A DNA stretch of 35,738 bases. It comes from a virus (Duplodnaviria > Caudoviricetes). The stretch is from IMG/VR virus record IMGVR_UViG_3300034093_001562, positions 1-35,738 of that record, one strand, 5' to 3'. Both the position numbers and the translations under genes were made by a program. The number at the start of each line of letters is the position of its first letter. Position 1 is the stretch's first letter. Positions 10,249-19,294 of this stretch are shown here, in pieces. The notes below the pieces were generated by a model that saw nothing but the letters and a program-made list of their open reading frames with translations, made no database searches and was not told the origin of the DNA.

Positions 10249-13200
10249 ATGTCACGCGGATCCAATCACGTCTTAGCAAGAACAAGTATTCCCGTAACAG
10301 CGGTTAGCTTTACCCCCGTAACATATACGGGGGGTACGCTGACGGCTGGAGTTGCAAGTGTGACTCCATCCAATGCTACGCACTCTACGCCAACATCTAC
10401 GCAGGTAAATGCTGGTACGCATAGTACTTCAATTACTGGTACTGGAGCCTTTAATAAAACTGTTTCTGCAAATTGGACCATCAATCCTGCATCACTGGTT
10501 TCAGTTGGTTTTGCTGCGCAGACCTATACCGGAAGTGCACTTACCCCAGTCGTTAATTCAGTAAATCCTGCTGCAGCAACGTATTCAACATCTGCAATTG
10601 CAAAAACAAATGCTGGTACATATACGGATAGTGGTATTACGGGAACAACAAATTATACCGGGACAGTCACAGGCTCATTCGTTGTAAATCGTGCATCAAT
10701 GGTTTCAGTTGGTTTTGCTGCGCAGACCTATACCGGAAGTCCATTGACTCCTGCAGTGAATGCCGTGAATCCAGCTGCTGCAACTTACACAACAAGTGCA
10801 GTTCCAAAAACAAATGCTGGAACTTATTCGGACAGTTCAGTGACTGGAACCACGAATTATCAAGGTACAGTCAATGGTAGTTTTGTGGTGAATCCAGCAT
10901 CAATGGTTTCAGTTGGGTTTGCAACGCAGACCTATACTGGAAGTGCATTGACTCCTGTGGTGAATTCTGTAAGCCCAGCAGCCGCGACGTATACTACATC
11001 AGCAGTCGCAAAAACAAATGCTGGTACATATACAGATAGTTCAGTGACTGGAACAACCAATTATACTGGCACAGTGACGGGCTCATTCGTTGTAAATCGG
11101 GCTTCGATGGTATCCGTAGGGTTTGCTGCGCAGACCTATACCGGAAGTTCACTCACTCCTGTTGTCAATGCAGTGAATCCTGCTGCAGCAACGTATACTA
11201 CATCAGCTGTCGCAAAAACAAATGCTGGTACATATACAGATAGTTCCGTCACGGGAACAACAAATTATCAAGGTACAGTCACAGGCTCATTCGTCGTAAA
11301 TCGTGCATCAATGGTAGGATTTACCATCGGTGCTCAAACATATACCGGTTCACCATTGACTCCTGCAGTTGCAAGCGTGAATCCTGCTGCAGCAACGTAT
11401 TCAACAAGTTTTACAAATCAGACGAACGCTGGAACTTATTCAAATTCCATTACTGGAACAACGAACTATCAAGGCACAGTCAATGCTAATTTTGTAGTAA
11501 ATCCAGCAACAGTGACCGCAATCACGTGGAACACCGTAACATACAACGGTGTTTCACAGACTCCATCAACCGCGTCACGTACGCCAGCGGCTGCAACGGG
11601 TAATGTTGGAACAGCGCAGACAAATGCTGGTTCATACACAACAACATTTACTGGAACTGGAAATTATACCGGTAGTCCAACTGCTACATGGACAATTAAT
11701 CCAGCATCGGTTACATTCTCTTATTCGAGCACATCCAAGACGTATAATGGTGCAGCGCAGTCGCCAACAGTGACTCCTTCAAACGGATCCGCGACGTATA
11801 GCAATGGCGGAACAACTTCTGCTACATCTCCTGGATCATATACAATTACATCAACAGCATCAGGAAATTATACCGGTTCTGGATCCTCTGCCTGGACTAT
11901 TGCGAAAGCAAATCAAGCCTCAGTCACAGTTTCCGCTGCATCGTCGATGACGTATGGAACCGGTTCTACCTGGTACGGTGGCGGTGGAACTGGTACGGGT
12001 CAAATGTATTGGAATGTGCCAGGTTATATTGGAGACAATGCAGCAACATCTGCAACATTGTCCACTCAATTGAGTGCCAACGCATATTACACGATGCGTT
12101 TCTATAAGGCTGGCGATGCAAATTATAACCAATCAAATAACGCGGATCAATCTTTCTACGTAAATCCAGCCTCAGTCACATTCTCTTATACAAATACATC
12201 ATTTAGCTATAATGGTGCAGCGCAGGGTCCAACAGTGACTCCTTCAAATGGATCAGCCACATACAGTAATGGCGGAACAACTTCTGCCACGAACGCTGGT
12301 TCATACACGATCACGTCTTCTGCAAATGGTAATTATAGCGGTTCTGGATCCTCTTCCTGGAGTATTGCAAAAATAGGTCAGGGCACAGTGTCAATTTCTG
12401 GAGCAACAACTGGTACTGTTGGTAATTCTTATAGCTACACCGCATCTGGTGGTAGTGGCGGTGGTGCTTATGTTTTCGGTAGTTCCGGATCTGGTAGCAC
12501 AAATCCTAATAGCGTTTACTTTGGTTCAACTGGTACATTCTACGTTAACGTATATAAAGCTGCAGATACAAATTATAACCAGTCAAATACTGCGACAGCA
12601 ACAATTGTAATTTCTCCTCCACCTCCGCTTGAAGTCACTCTTACCTATAATGGTGGTGGTCAAAACTATACCGTACCTTCCGGTAAAACCTCAGTGACAG
12701 TTTACGCATACGGTGCTGGCGGTGGCGCTGGTATCGGAGTGCCGGGTGGCTATGGCGGTCTAGCTCGCGCAACCTACTCAGTTTCTGGTGGCCAAAACAT
12801 TTATGCTGAAATCGGCCAGGGCGGATCTTATTCATACCAAGCGTATGGCGGCGGTGGCGCACCTCACGGCATCGGTGGCGGTGGTGGTGGTCTCACGTAT
12901 GTCTCGATGCCAGATGGCAGTTGGCTCAGAGCCGGAGCGGGTGGCGGCTCGGGTAACTCTGGTAATACCGACGGTTATGGCGGCGATGCTGGATATAACG
13001 GCGCAGGCGGCGGAGGCGTAGGTGGATACGCTGAAGGCGGTGGCGGTGGCGGTCATACCGGCGGTGGCGGTGGCGGTGGCTATTCGAATGATGGCGGCAG
13101 CGGCGGCAGCGGTGGAAATAATTATGGTGGATCTGCAGGATCCGGTGACTATAGCGCAGGATCTGGCGGCAGCGGCTATGGCGGCGGCGGCGGTGGCGCT

Positions 13201-13362
13201 GGTCATAATGCCACATATCCATTCGGCGCAGGCGGCGGTGGCGGTGGATCATGCTACGTCTCTGGCGGAAGTAATGTTCACGAGGGTGGCGGCGGCGGTG
13301 CACCGGGCGAGCCAAACTTTAATGCTGGTGCAAACGGTTCAGTCTTATTAGTATTCACGTAA
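10249..13362 (+). CDS. Large Thr/Ser-rich adhesin: tandem ~68-aa beta-sandwich-like (MBG-like) repeats plus C-terminal glycine-rich domain
   Basis: About 11 repeat units with TYTG/TYNG...TNAGTY...NY.G motifs, a PPPP linker, then YTVPSGKTSVTVYAYGAGGG... polyglycine domain ending NGSVLLVFT. Confidence 0.75.
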   Translation: MSRGSNHVLARTSIPVTAVSFTPVTYTGGTLTAGVASVTPSNATHSTPTSTQVNAGTHSTSITGTGAFNKTVSANWTINPASLVSVGFAAQTYTGSALTPVVNSVNPAAATYSTSAIAKTNAGTYTDSGITGTTNYTGTVTGSFVVNRASMVSVGFAAQTYTGSPLTPAVNAVNPAAATYTTSAVPKTNAGTYSDSSVTGTTNYQGTVNGSFVVNPASMVSVGFATQTYTGSALTPVVNSVSPAAATYTTSAVAKTNAGTYTDSSVTGTTNYTGTVTGSFVVNRASMVSVGFAAQTYTGSSLTPVVNAVNPAAATYTTSAVAKTNAGTYTDSSVTGTTNYQGTVTGSFVVNRASMVGFTIGAQTYTGSPLTPAVASVNPAAATYSTSFTNQTNAGTYSNSITGTTNYQGTVNANFVVNPATVTAITWNTVTYNGVSQTPSTASRTPAAATGNVGTAQTNAGSYTTTFTGTGNYTGSPTATWTINPASVTFSYSSTSKTYNGAAQSPTVTPSNGSATYSNGGTTSATSPGSYTITSTASGNYTGSGSSAWTIAKANQASVTVSAASSMTYGTGSTWYGGGGTGTGQMYWNVPGYIGDNAATSATLSTQLSANAYYTMRFYKAGDANYNQSNNADQSFYVNPASVTFSYTNTSFSYNGAAQGPTVTPSNGSATYSNGGTTSATNAGSYTITSSANGNYSGSGSSSWSIAKIGQGTVSISGATTGTVGNSYSYTASGGSGGGAYVFGSSGSGSTNPNSVYFGSTGTFYVNVYKAADTNYNQSNTATATIVISPPPPLEVTLTYNGGGQNYTVPSGKTSVTVYAYGAGGGAGIGVPGGYGGLARATYSVSGGQNIYAEIGQGGSYSYQAYGGGGAPHGIGGGGGGLTYVSMPDGSWLRAGAGGGSGNSGNTDGYGGDAGYNGAGGGGVGGYAEGGGGGGHTGGGGGGGYSNDGGSGGSGGNNYGGSAGSGDYSAGSGGSGYGGGGGGAGHNATYPFGAGGGGGGSCYVSGGSNVHEGGGGGAPGEPNFNAGANGSVLLVFT
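10483..11499 (+). repeat. Tandem 204-bp coding repeat, 5 well-conserved copies
   Basis: Units begin at 10483, 10687, 10891, 11095 and 11299 (N[P/R]AS[L/M]V...). More diverged units flank them. Confidence 0.9.
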
Positions 13363-13366
13363 AATT

Positions 13367-13669
13367 ATGAAAGTACAACTACCAACAAACTCACATAATC
13401 TTAGCAATACTCTATTCATTGAAGTAATAGAGATTGCAGAGGTTGACATTCTAACTACAGGATTTAAAGCGGGCCATTGCAAATGGCGCATTGTGGATTC
13501 TGCCGATACTGTTATTATTCCTCCTGGGCAGCCGTATATCCGTACTCAGCTTCCTGTGATGATCTCTAAATTATGGGATAAAACTGATGCGCATTTTGTT
13601 GAATTGCTCATCGAGTATCTGACTCCCATGGCATTACGCCTTCCAGTAGGTTATACCGCTCCGGTATAA
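13367..13669 (+). CDS. Hypothetical 100-aa protein following the adhesin
   Basis: ATG 4 nt after the previous stop, same strand, fills the gap before a hairpin. No recognisable motif. Confidence 0.65.
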   Translation: MKVQLPTNSHNLSNTLFIEVIEIAEVDILTTGFKAGHCKWRIVDSADTVIIPPGQPYIRTQLPVMISKLWDKTDAHFVELLIEYLTPMALRLPVGYTAPV

Positions 13670-13682
13670 TTTAGTTTAAAAC

Positions 13683-13713
13683 TTCTGCTAAACATATTGA
13701 GTGTTTAGCAGAA
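13683..13713. terminator. 12-bp perfect stem-loop, possible terminator or RNA processing site
   Basis: TTCTGCTAAACA-tattgag-TGTTTAGCAGAA just after the stop at 13669. It has no clear U-tract on +. Confidence 0.5.
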
Positions 13714-13757
13714 TTCAGTCTGTGTGAAATAACTTACTAATTTGCAAATTTTTAAGT

Positions 13758-13765
13758 TATAAATA
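13758..13765 (+). promoter_or_regulatory. T4-type late promoter TATAAATA
   Basis: Exact consensus 9 nt before the ATG at 13775. Confidence 0.8.
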
Positions 13766-13774
13766 GAATACATC

Positions 13775-16180
13775 ATGGCACTTTCATTTCCGAATTCACC
13801 TTCACTCAACGACGTTTATACCTATGGCGGTAAAAGCTGGCAGTGGAATGGTAATTATTGGATCTCGATTAATTATGGCCAACAAGGAGTCTCTGGTGCT
13901 CAAGGAGCACAAGGACTTCAGGGTATTCAAGGCCTTCAAGGCGCCACGGGTCTTGCTTTCACAATTGCAAAGACGTACGCTTCGGTTGCTGCATTAACTG
14001 CAGACACTTCACCCGCATCTATTATTCCAGGACAGTTTGCTCTCATCAATACAGCAAATGTAGAAGATGCAGAGAATTCTAAACTGTATATCTGGGATGG
14101 ATCGAGTTATATCTTTGTTGACGATCTATCCGGTGCGGCAGGTATTCAAGGCGTAACCGGATCACAGGGCGTCACGGGAATTCAAGGAGCTCTCGGAACG
14201 CAAGGCGCTCAGGGTACTCAGGGACTCCAGGGTATTCAAGGAATTCAAGGTGCCACAGGTTCTCAGGGAACTCTTGGTGCACAAGGTTCTCAGGGACTTC
14301 AAGGTATTCAAGGTACTGAAGGATCGCAAGGAATTCAAGGCGTTCAAGGACTTCATGGAACATCCGGTACTCAGGGTACTCAAGGAGCGCAAGGTCTTCA
14401 AGGTATTATTGGATCGCAGGGTGCGCAGGGTACTGCTGGATTTGTAGGATCAAACGGTGCACAGGGATCCCAAGGTGTTCAAGGTGCACAAGGTGGCCAA
14501 GGTGTTCAAGGTACGCAGGGTATTCAAGGACTTCAAGGTACTGAAGGATCGCAGGGTGTGCAAGGACTTCAAGGACTTCAAGGTACTGCAGGATTTGTAG
14601 GATCAAACGGTGCACAGGGTATTCAAGGTATCCAAGGTGTGACTGGTTCACAGGGAAGTAATGGATCGACTGGTAATACAGGTTCTACTGGAGCTCAAGG
14701 AATTCAAGGACTACAGGGTATCCAAGGTACGCAAGGTATTCAAGGCTTAAAGGGAACAAAGATTTCACATTCAGAAAATCCTCCTTCAAGTCCAAATGTA
14801 AATGATCTTTGGTGGAATTCTTCCGACGCGGTGTTAATGATTTATTACGACGACGGAGATAGCACTCAGTGGGTAAGTGCAAATTCTGGAATGGTTGGAC
14901 CTCAGGGCACGAATGGATCTCAAGGCACAACTGGCCTTGGCGTTGCCACAACAGGACCACTGTATGGACGTTTGCGCAAAGCAATTTCAGGCACAATCAC
15001 TTCAAGTTCGGATGTGAATTGGACGAGTCCCGACGAGTTTAACGTAAAAGATTATGGCGCAGTTGGAGACGACTCCACTGATGACAGTAGCGCTTTTGCT
15101 GCTGCTCTGGCTGCTGCGTGTGCAGCAGGTCGCGGAGTTACTTTAAAAATTCCACATGGAACCTACAAAATTTTAGAGACTTTAACTGGTACGTTTGGAG
15201 TAAATAACCAAATGTATGGTCTCACAATTGCGGGAGACGGAATCGGAACAAGCATCATAAAACAATACGGAACGAATAAGGGTGTTTTTAACATTACAAA
15301 TTCTGCGGTTGCAGGATGTTTAACAGTTAGAAATCTTTCGTGCTGGAATCAACCAGGCGTAATGAGCACTCAGGCGTGTATTAAATATGAGGTAACACAA
15401 ATTGCAAATGATGACGCTCATGCTAATTTGCGTGTGGATAATTTGCAAATTGCTTCTCCTTTCGGAGCAGGAACTTGGGCCATTGGATTAGATCTATATC
15501 GAGTTCATTGTGGTAATATATCCAATTATCAATATTGCGGAGATAATGCTGGAGGTGGAACCGGTATTCTGTTTCAGAAATCTGGAGTAGCAGCTACTGC
15601 AGGATCCAACAAGTCCATGGCCTGCGTGGTTCAAGCATCTCAGATGAATCTTTGCGGTACAGGAGTTATGATCAAGGATTCAATGGAAACCTGTTTAATT
15701 GATAAATGTTTAATGGTTGGTGTGGTGTATGGCGTACAAGCTGATTACTGTATTCATCTTGGCGTGTCAAACTCCCACATTAATGCATCAACAAATGCTA
15801 TTTTATCTACAGGAGTTGGAGCAGGCGGAGCAGTGGACCAGGGCCTCATAACAAATAATTCTCTGTATGCAGATAGTGCAAATGTAGAATCAGTAAAAGG
15901 TCCGTTTGTCAGATCCGTAATCTCTGGCAATCAATTTCTTTCTACAAATCAAAGTTCCGGAACAGTAGGAGTTCGTTTGACTACTGGAAGTACTGGAAAC
16001 AATATTAGTGGAAATACTTTTGCGTGGCACGTGCTCAGTTACGTTATTGCTGATTCGGGCTCAACATACAATATGGTCACTGGAAATATGGCATCAAGAA
16101 ATAATGCTGCTGCAACAACGCCGTTTAATAACCAGGGTGGCGGAACGAACAGCTTCACGAACAATATTTACCAACCCTAA
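13775..16180 (+). CDS. Collagen-like fibre with C-terminal pectate-lyase-3-like beta-helix (tailspike/depolymerase)
   Basis: FP.SP N-module, collagen runs and shared modules, then FNVKDYGAVGDDSTDDSSAFAAA...IPHGTYKI and Asn-ladder repeats (ITNNS, ISGNQF, ISGNTF, VTGNM). Confidence 0.85.
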   Translation: MALSFPNSPSLNDVYTYGGKSWQWNGNYWISINYGQQGVSGAQGAQGLQGIQGLQGATGLAFTIAKTYASVAALTADTSPASIIPGQFALINTANVEDAENSKLYIWDGSSYIFVDDLSGAAGIQGVTGSQGVTGIQGALGTQGAQGTQGLQGIQGIQGATGSQGTLGAQGSQGLQGIQGTEGSQGIQGVQGLHGTSGTQGTQGAQGLQGIIGSQGAQGTAGFVGSNGAQGSQGVQGAQGGQGVQGTQGIQGLQGTEGSQGVQGLQGLQGTAGFVGSNGAQGIQGIQGVTGSQGSNGSTGNTGSTGAQGIQGLQGIQGTQGIQGLKGTKISHSENPPSSPNVNDLWWNSSDAVLMIYYDDGDSTQWVSANSGMVGPQGTNGSQGTTGLGVATTGPLYGRLRKAISGTITSSSDVNWTSPDEFNVKDYGAVGDDSTDDSSAFAAALAAACAAGRGVTLKIPHGTYKILETLTGTFGVNNQMYGLTIAGDGIGTSIIKQYGTNKGVFNITNSAVAGCLTVRNLSCWNQPGVMSTQACIKYEVTQIANDDAHANLRVDNLQIASPFGAGTWAIGLDLYRVHCGNISNYQYCGDNAGGGTGILFQKSGVAATAGSNKSMACVVQASQMNLCGTGVMIKDSMETCLIDKCLMVGVVYGVQADYCIHLGVSNSHINASTNAILSTGVGAGGAVDQGLITNNSLYADSANVESVKGPFVRSVISGNQFLSTNQSSGTVGVRLTTGSTGNNISGNTFAWHVLSYVIADSGSTYNMVTGNMASRNNAAATTPFNNQGGGTNSFTNNIYQP

Positions 16181-16209
16181 TCCTTGAGTTTAGACGATTG
16201 TAAAAAAAC

Positions 16210-16217
16210 AATAAATA
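16210..16217 (+). promoter_or_regulatory. Late-promoter variant AATAAATA
   Basis: One mismatch to TATAAATA, 6 nt before the ATG at 16224. Confidence 0.55.
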
Positions 16218-16223
16218 CTTAAA

Positions 16224-19200
16224 ATGGTAATTTCATTTCCCAATTCTCCAAGCACAAACGACATTCATTCGCAGGGAGCTCTTAGCTGGCGGTGGAATGG
16301 TTCATCGTGGTTATCTGTCAATGCTGGTGTTCAAGGCGCGCAGGGACTTCAAGGCATTCAAGGCGTTCAAGGTATTACTGGTGCGCAAGGAACATTTGGT
16401 ACTCAGGGTGCCGCAGGATTTGTAGGATCCAATGGTGCACAAGGCGCTCAGGGCATTCAAGGTATTGATGGCTCGCAAGGAATTAATGGATCGAATGGCG
16501 CTCAGGGTACTCAGGGTATTCAAGGTCTCAAAGGAACGAAGATTACTCCAGGAGATACTGCGCCTGCATCACCTTCTGAGAATGATCTTTGGTGGGATTC
16601 CACAAATGGTATTTTAATGGTATACTATAATGATGGTACCTCATCACAATGGGTATCTGCAAATTCTGGTATTGCGGGAGAACAAGGAATTCAAGGCATC
16701 CAAGGCGTACAAGGAATCCAGGGAACTCAGGGAATTCAAGGCATACAAGGTGTCCAAGGTACACAAGGAACTCAGGGCGTCCAGGGTATTCAAGGTATTA
16801 CCGGACTTGCCTTTACCATTGCGAAAACATATCTCTCCGTTGCTGCTCTCACTGCCGACACGTCGCCGACGAGCATTGTGGCGGGACAGTTTGCCCTCAT
16901 CAATACAACAAATGTAGAAGATGCAGAGAATTCAAGATTGTATATTTGGACCGGATCCGCCTATACTTTTGTTGACGATCTATCAGGTTCTGCTGGTATT
17001 CAAGGTATCACTGGATCGCAAGGCGTACAGGGCATTCAAGGAACTCTAGGTACACAAGGTATTACTGGATCTCAAGGCACTCAAGGAACACAAGGCATCC
17101 AGGGTATTCAAGGTATTAGCGGTGCATCAATTCTTGGAACCAATAATACCTTTACTGGAACAAATGCGTTTACAACGCTGAGCAGCACGGGAGGAGCCAC
17201 TTTTGCGACGAGTAGTGGGTCGGTGGGTATTGGGACTGCGAGTCCTGGGGCAACATTAGATGTAAACGGAAATAGCCGTTTCATGCAAAACGCTGCTGCG
17301 ACAACAGGAGCAATTATTCTCCGTCAGGCCGTAGCGGATGCGGAAGGTGCATTTATTCAATGGGTTAATAATGCAAATGTCGTTGAAAAAGGTTGGTTAA
17401 CGGTAGATACATCGAGCAATATGAAATTCGGTACGGTTTCTACCGAACGTATGCGAATCGACAGTAGCGGCAACGTCAGTATTGGTACAACGAGCCCAGC
17501 TGTAAGGTTTCATGTTCAGTCCGGTTCTGCTGGAGCAACAGCATTGCGTCTTACTGACGCAATTAGAGGAACCTTGAATGTAGATTTTCCTGCAACTTCT
17601 CAGATTAGATTTGATGTAGGTGCAGCTGAAAAAATGCTTTTTTCAAGCGGTACGAACACTATTTTGACTATCAATGATATTAATAGTAGCGGTGGAATTG
17701 CAGTGGCGGGTACAACTACTACTACCGGAAACTTTACTAGTTCTAGCAGTCAAGGAACCATAGGGTTTTCGGCTCCTGGTTGGTCTGGTTCTGGTGCTGC
17801 TTATACCATAGCAAATGTTAATGCTACATTAAGTGGGGCAGGAGATTACATCGGCCATTATGTTCCAAGCGGTAAGGGCTGGACTTGGGTTTATGGTTCA
17901 AATTCGCAAGCCATGACCATCACTTCGACTGGCAACGTCGGCATTGGGACAGCGAGTCCTGTTACTTTATTATCTTCTGCAACTTTGCAAGTTTATGGTA
18001 ATGCAAAACTAGGTAATGCTAATGATCGCGGATTATTGTCTTTGGGAGATGTTACCTCAACAGGTGCCAACGTTGCAATTTGGCGTGGCGCTGCTGGCGC
18101 ATACGGCGCAGCTGGAAACGTTTTGTGTCTTGGCGGTTATGATGGGATTACGTTTACCACTGGAAATACAAGCGTTGACTCACAAACCGAGCGGATGCGT
18201 ATCACTTCAACAGGCAACGTCGGCATTGGGACAACTGCACCGTTGAATAAATTAGATGTTTTTGGTGATGGAATACGGCTGTCGAATAGCGGAACGTACG
18301 ATGCTATTTTACGTTTAGACTTTGATGGAGTATCATCCGATTCTTTTAAATTCCAAACTGTCGCTCACAATACTGCCGCAACAGGTCTTGTTACACAGAT
18401 GGTAATAAAGCAAAACGGCAGCGTCGGCATTGGCACGACAAGTCCCGAATACAAGTTTGAGGTCAAGGGAGGAGTTTCATGGTTCCGTAACTTCGATGGT
18501 ACAGCGGCATCTCCAACTGAAACTCATGACTGGCCAGTTGCAGCCATGAACATTGCGTCATACGGTAACTACAACTTGCAGACCATGTTGGCGTTTACCT
18601 TGCCGAACGACGGAAATTATTTCCTTGGTTATGGTGCTTGGAACTTTAAGCTCGACCAAACCGTGCTCTCGACTACTTCTGCGGGTGTCTCTGGTATGCA
18701 GTTCGGTGGACCCGGTTATCTTGCATTCTTGCCTGGTGGCACTGAAAAGGTGCGCATATATGGTGACGGTAATATGCTGGTGGGAACGACTACGGTTGTG
18801 CAATCATCGCAGCTAACAGTGAACGGATCGTTGGCTACGGATGGACTTACTTCCCACGCTGGTACGGGTGGTGCTTATCAAAGCAACAAATTTAACTTCC
18901 AGTGGACAGGTTCTGCGGCTTTGTGGGTTGACGGAACCAACATCGGAAACATTGCAACGTCATCTGATTACCGGATCAAAAAGAATGTCACAACACAAAC
19001 AGCATCAGGACTTGATCGTGTGATGCAGTTGCGCCCAGTTAGCTATGAATACACTGATTATAAAGAACTGTTTAAAGCTGATGGAATTATCCGCGAAGGT
19101 TTCATTGCTCACGAAGTTCAAGAAGTAATTCCGTCTGGTGCTCAAGGCGCAAAAGATGAAGAAAATCAAATACAGAGTCTTCGCATAGATGCAATTCTGT

Positions 19201-19283
19201 CCGTTACTGTTAAAGCTCTCCAAGAACTTAAAGCAGATAATGATGCTCTCCGCGCCCGCATCGCCGCTCTCGAATCTAAATAA
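16224..19283 (+). CDS. Collagen-like tail fibre with GNVGIGT-type repeats and C-terminal S74 chaperone
   Basis: Repeated (ERMRI)..G(N/S)VGIGT..P units, then [10 protein letters not shown]...LRPVSY...[10 protein letters not shown] and a terminal coiled coil. Confidence 0.85.
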   Translation: MVISFPNSPSTNDIHSQGALSWRWNGSSWLSVNAGVQGAQGLQGIQGVQGITGAQGTFGTQGAAGFVGSNGAQGAQGIQGIDGSQGINGSNGAQGTQGIQGLKGTKITPGDTAPASPSENDLWWDSTNGILMVYYNDGTSSQWVSANSGIAGEQGIQGIQGVQGIQGTQGIQGIQGVQGTQGTQGVQGIQGITGLAFTIAKTYLSVAALTADTSPTSIVAGQFALINTTNVEDAENSRLYIWTGSAYTFVDDLSGSAGIQGITGSQGVQGIQGTLGTQGITGSQGTQGTQGIQGIQGISGASILGTNNTFTGTNAFTTLSSTGGATFATSSGSVGIGTASPGATLDVNGNSRFMQNAAATTGAIILRQAVADAEGAFIQWVNNANVVEKGWLTVDTSSNMKFGTVSTERMRIDSSGNVSIGTTSPAVRFHVQSGSAGATALRLTDAIRGTLNVDFPATSQIRFDVGAAEKMLFSSGTNTILTINDINSSGGIAVAGTTTTTGNFTSSSSQGTIGFSAPGWSGSGAAYTIANVNATLSGAGDYIGHYVPSGKGWTWVYGSNSQAMTITSTGNVGIGTASPVTLLSSATLQVYGNAKLGNANDRGLLSLGDVTSTGANVAIWRGAAGAYGAAGNVLCLGGYDGITFTTGNTSVDSQTERMRITSTGNVGIGTTAPLNKLDVFGDGIRLSNSGTYDAILRLDFDGVSSDSFKFQTVAHNTAATGLVTQMVIKQNGSVGIGTTSPEYKFEVKGGVSWFRNFDGTAASPTETHDWPVAAMNIASYGNYNLQTMLAFTLPNDGNYFLGYGAWNFKLDQTVLSTTSAGVSGMQFGGPGYLAFLPGGTEKVRIYGDGNMLVGTTTVVQSSQLTVNGSLATDGLTSHAGTGGAYQSNKFNFQWTGSAALWVDGTNIGNIATSSDYRIKKNVTTQTASGLDRVMQLRPVSYEYTDYKELFKADGIIREGFIAHEVQEVIPSGAQGAKDEENQIQSLRIDAILSVTVKALQELKADNDALRARIAALESK

Positions 19284-19289
19284 TAAATA
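19282..19289 (+). promoter_or_regulatory. Late-promoter variant AATAAATA overlapping the stop codon
   Basis: One mismatch to consensus, 5 nt before the ATG at 19295. Confidence 0.5.
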
Positions 19290-19294
19290 CTCTT

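Noticed and set aside
12641-13351. His/Arg-rich and Ala-rich ORFs on other frames over the glycine-rich domains (also 6145-6849)
   Set aside because: They are by-products of GGY codon runs in the real + strand genes.
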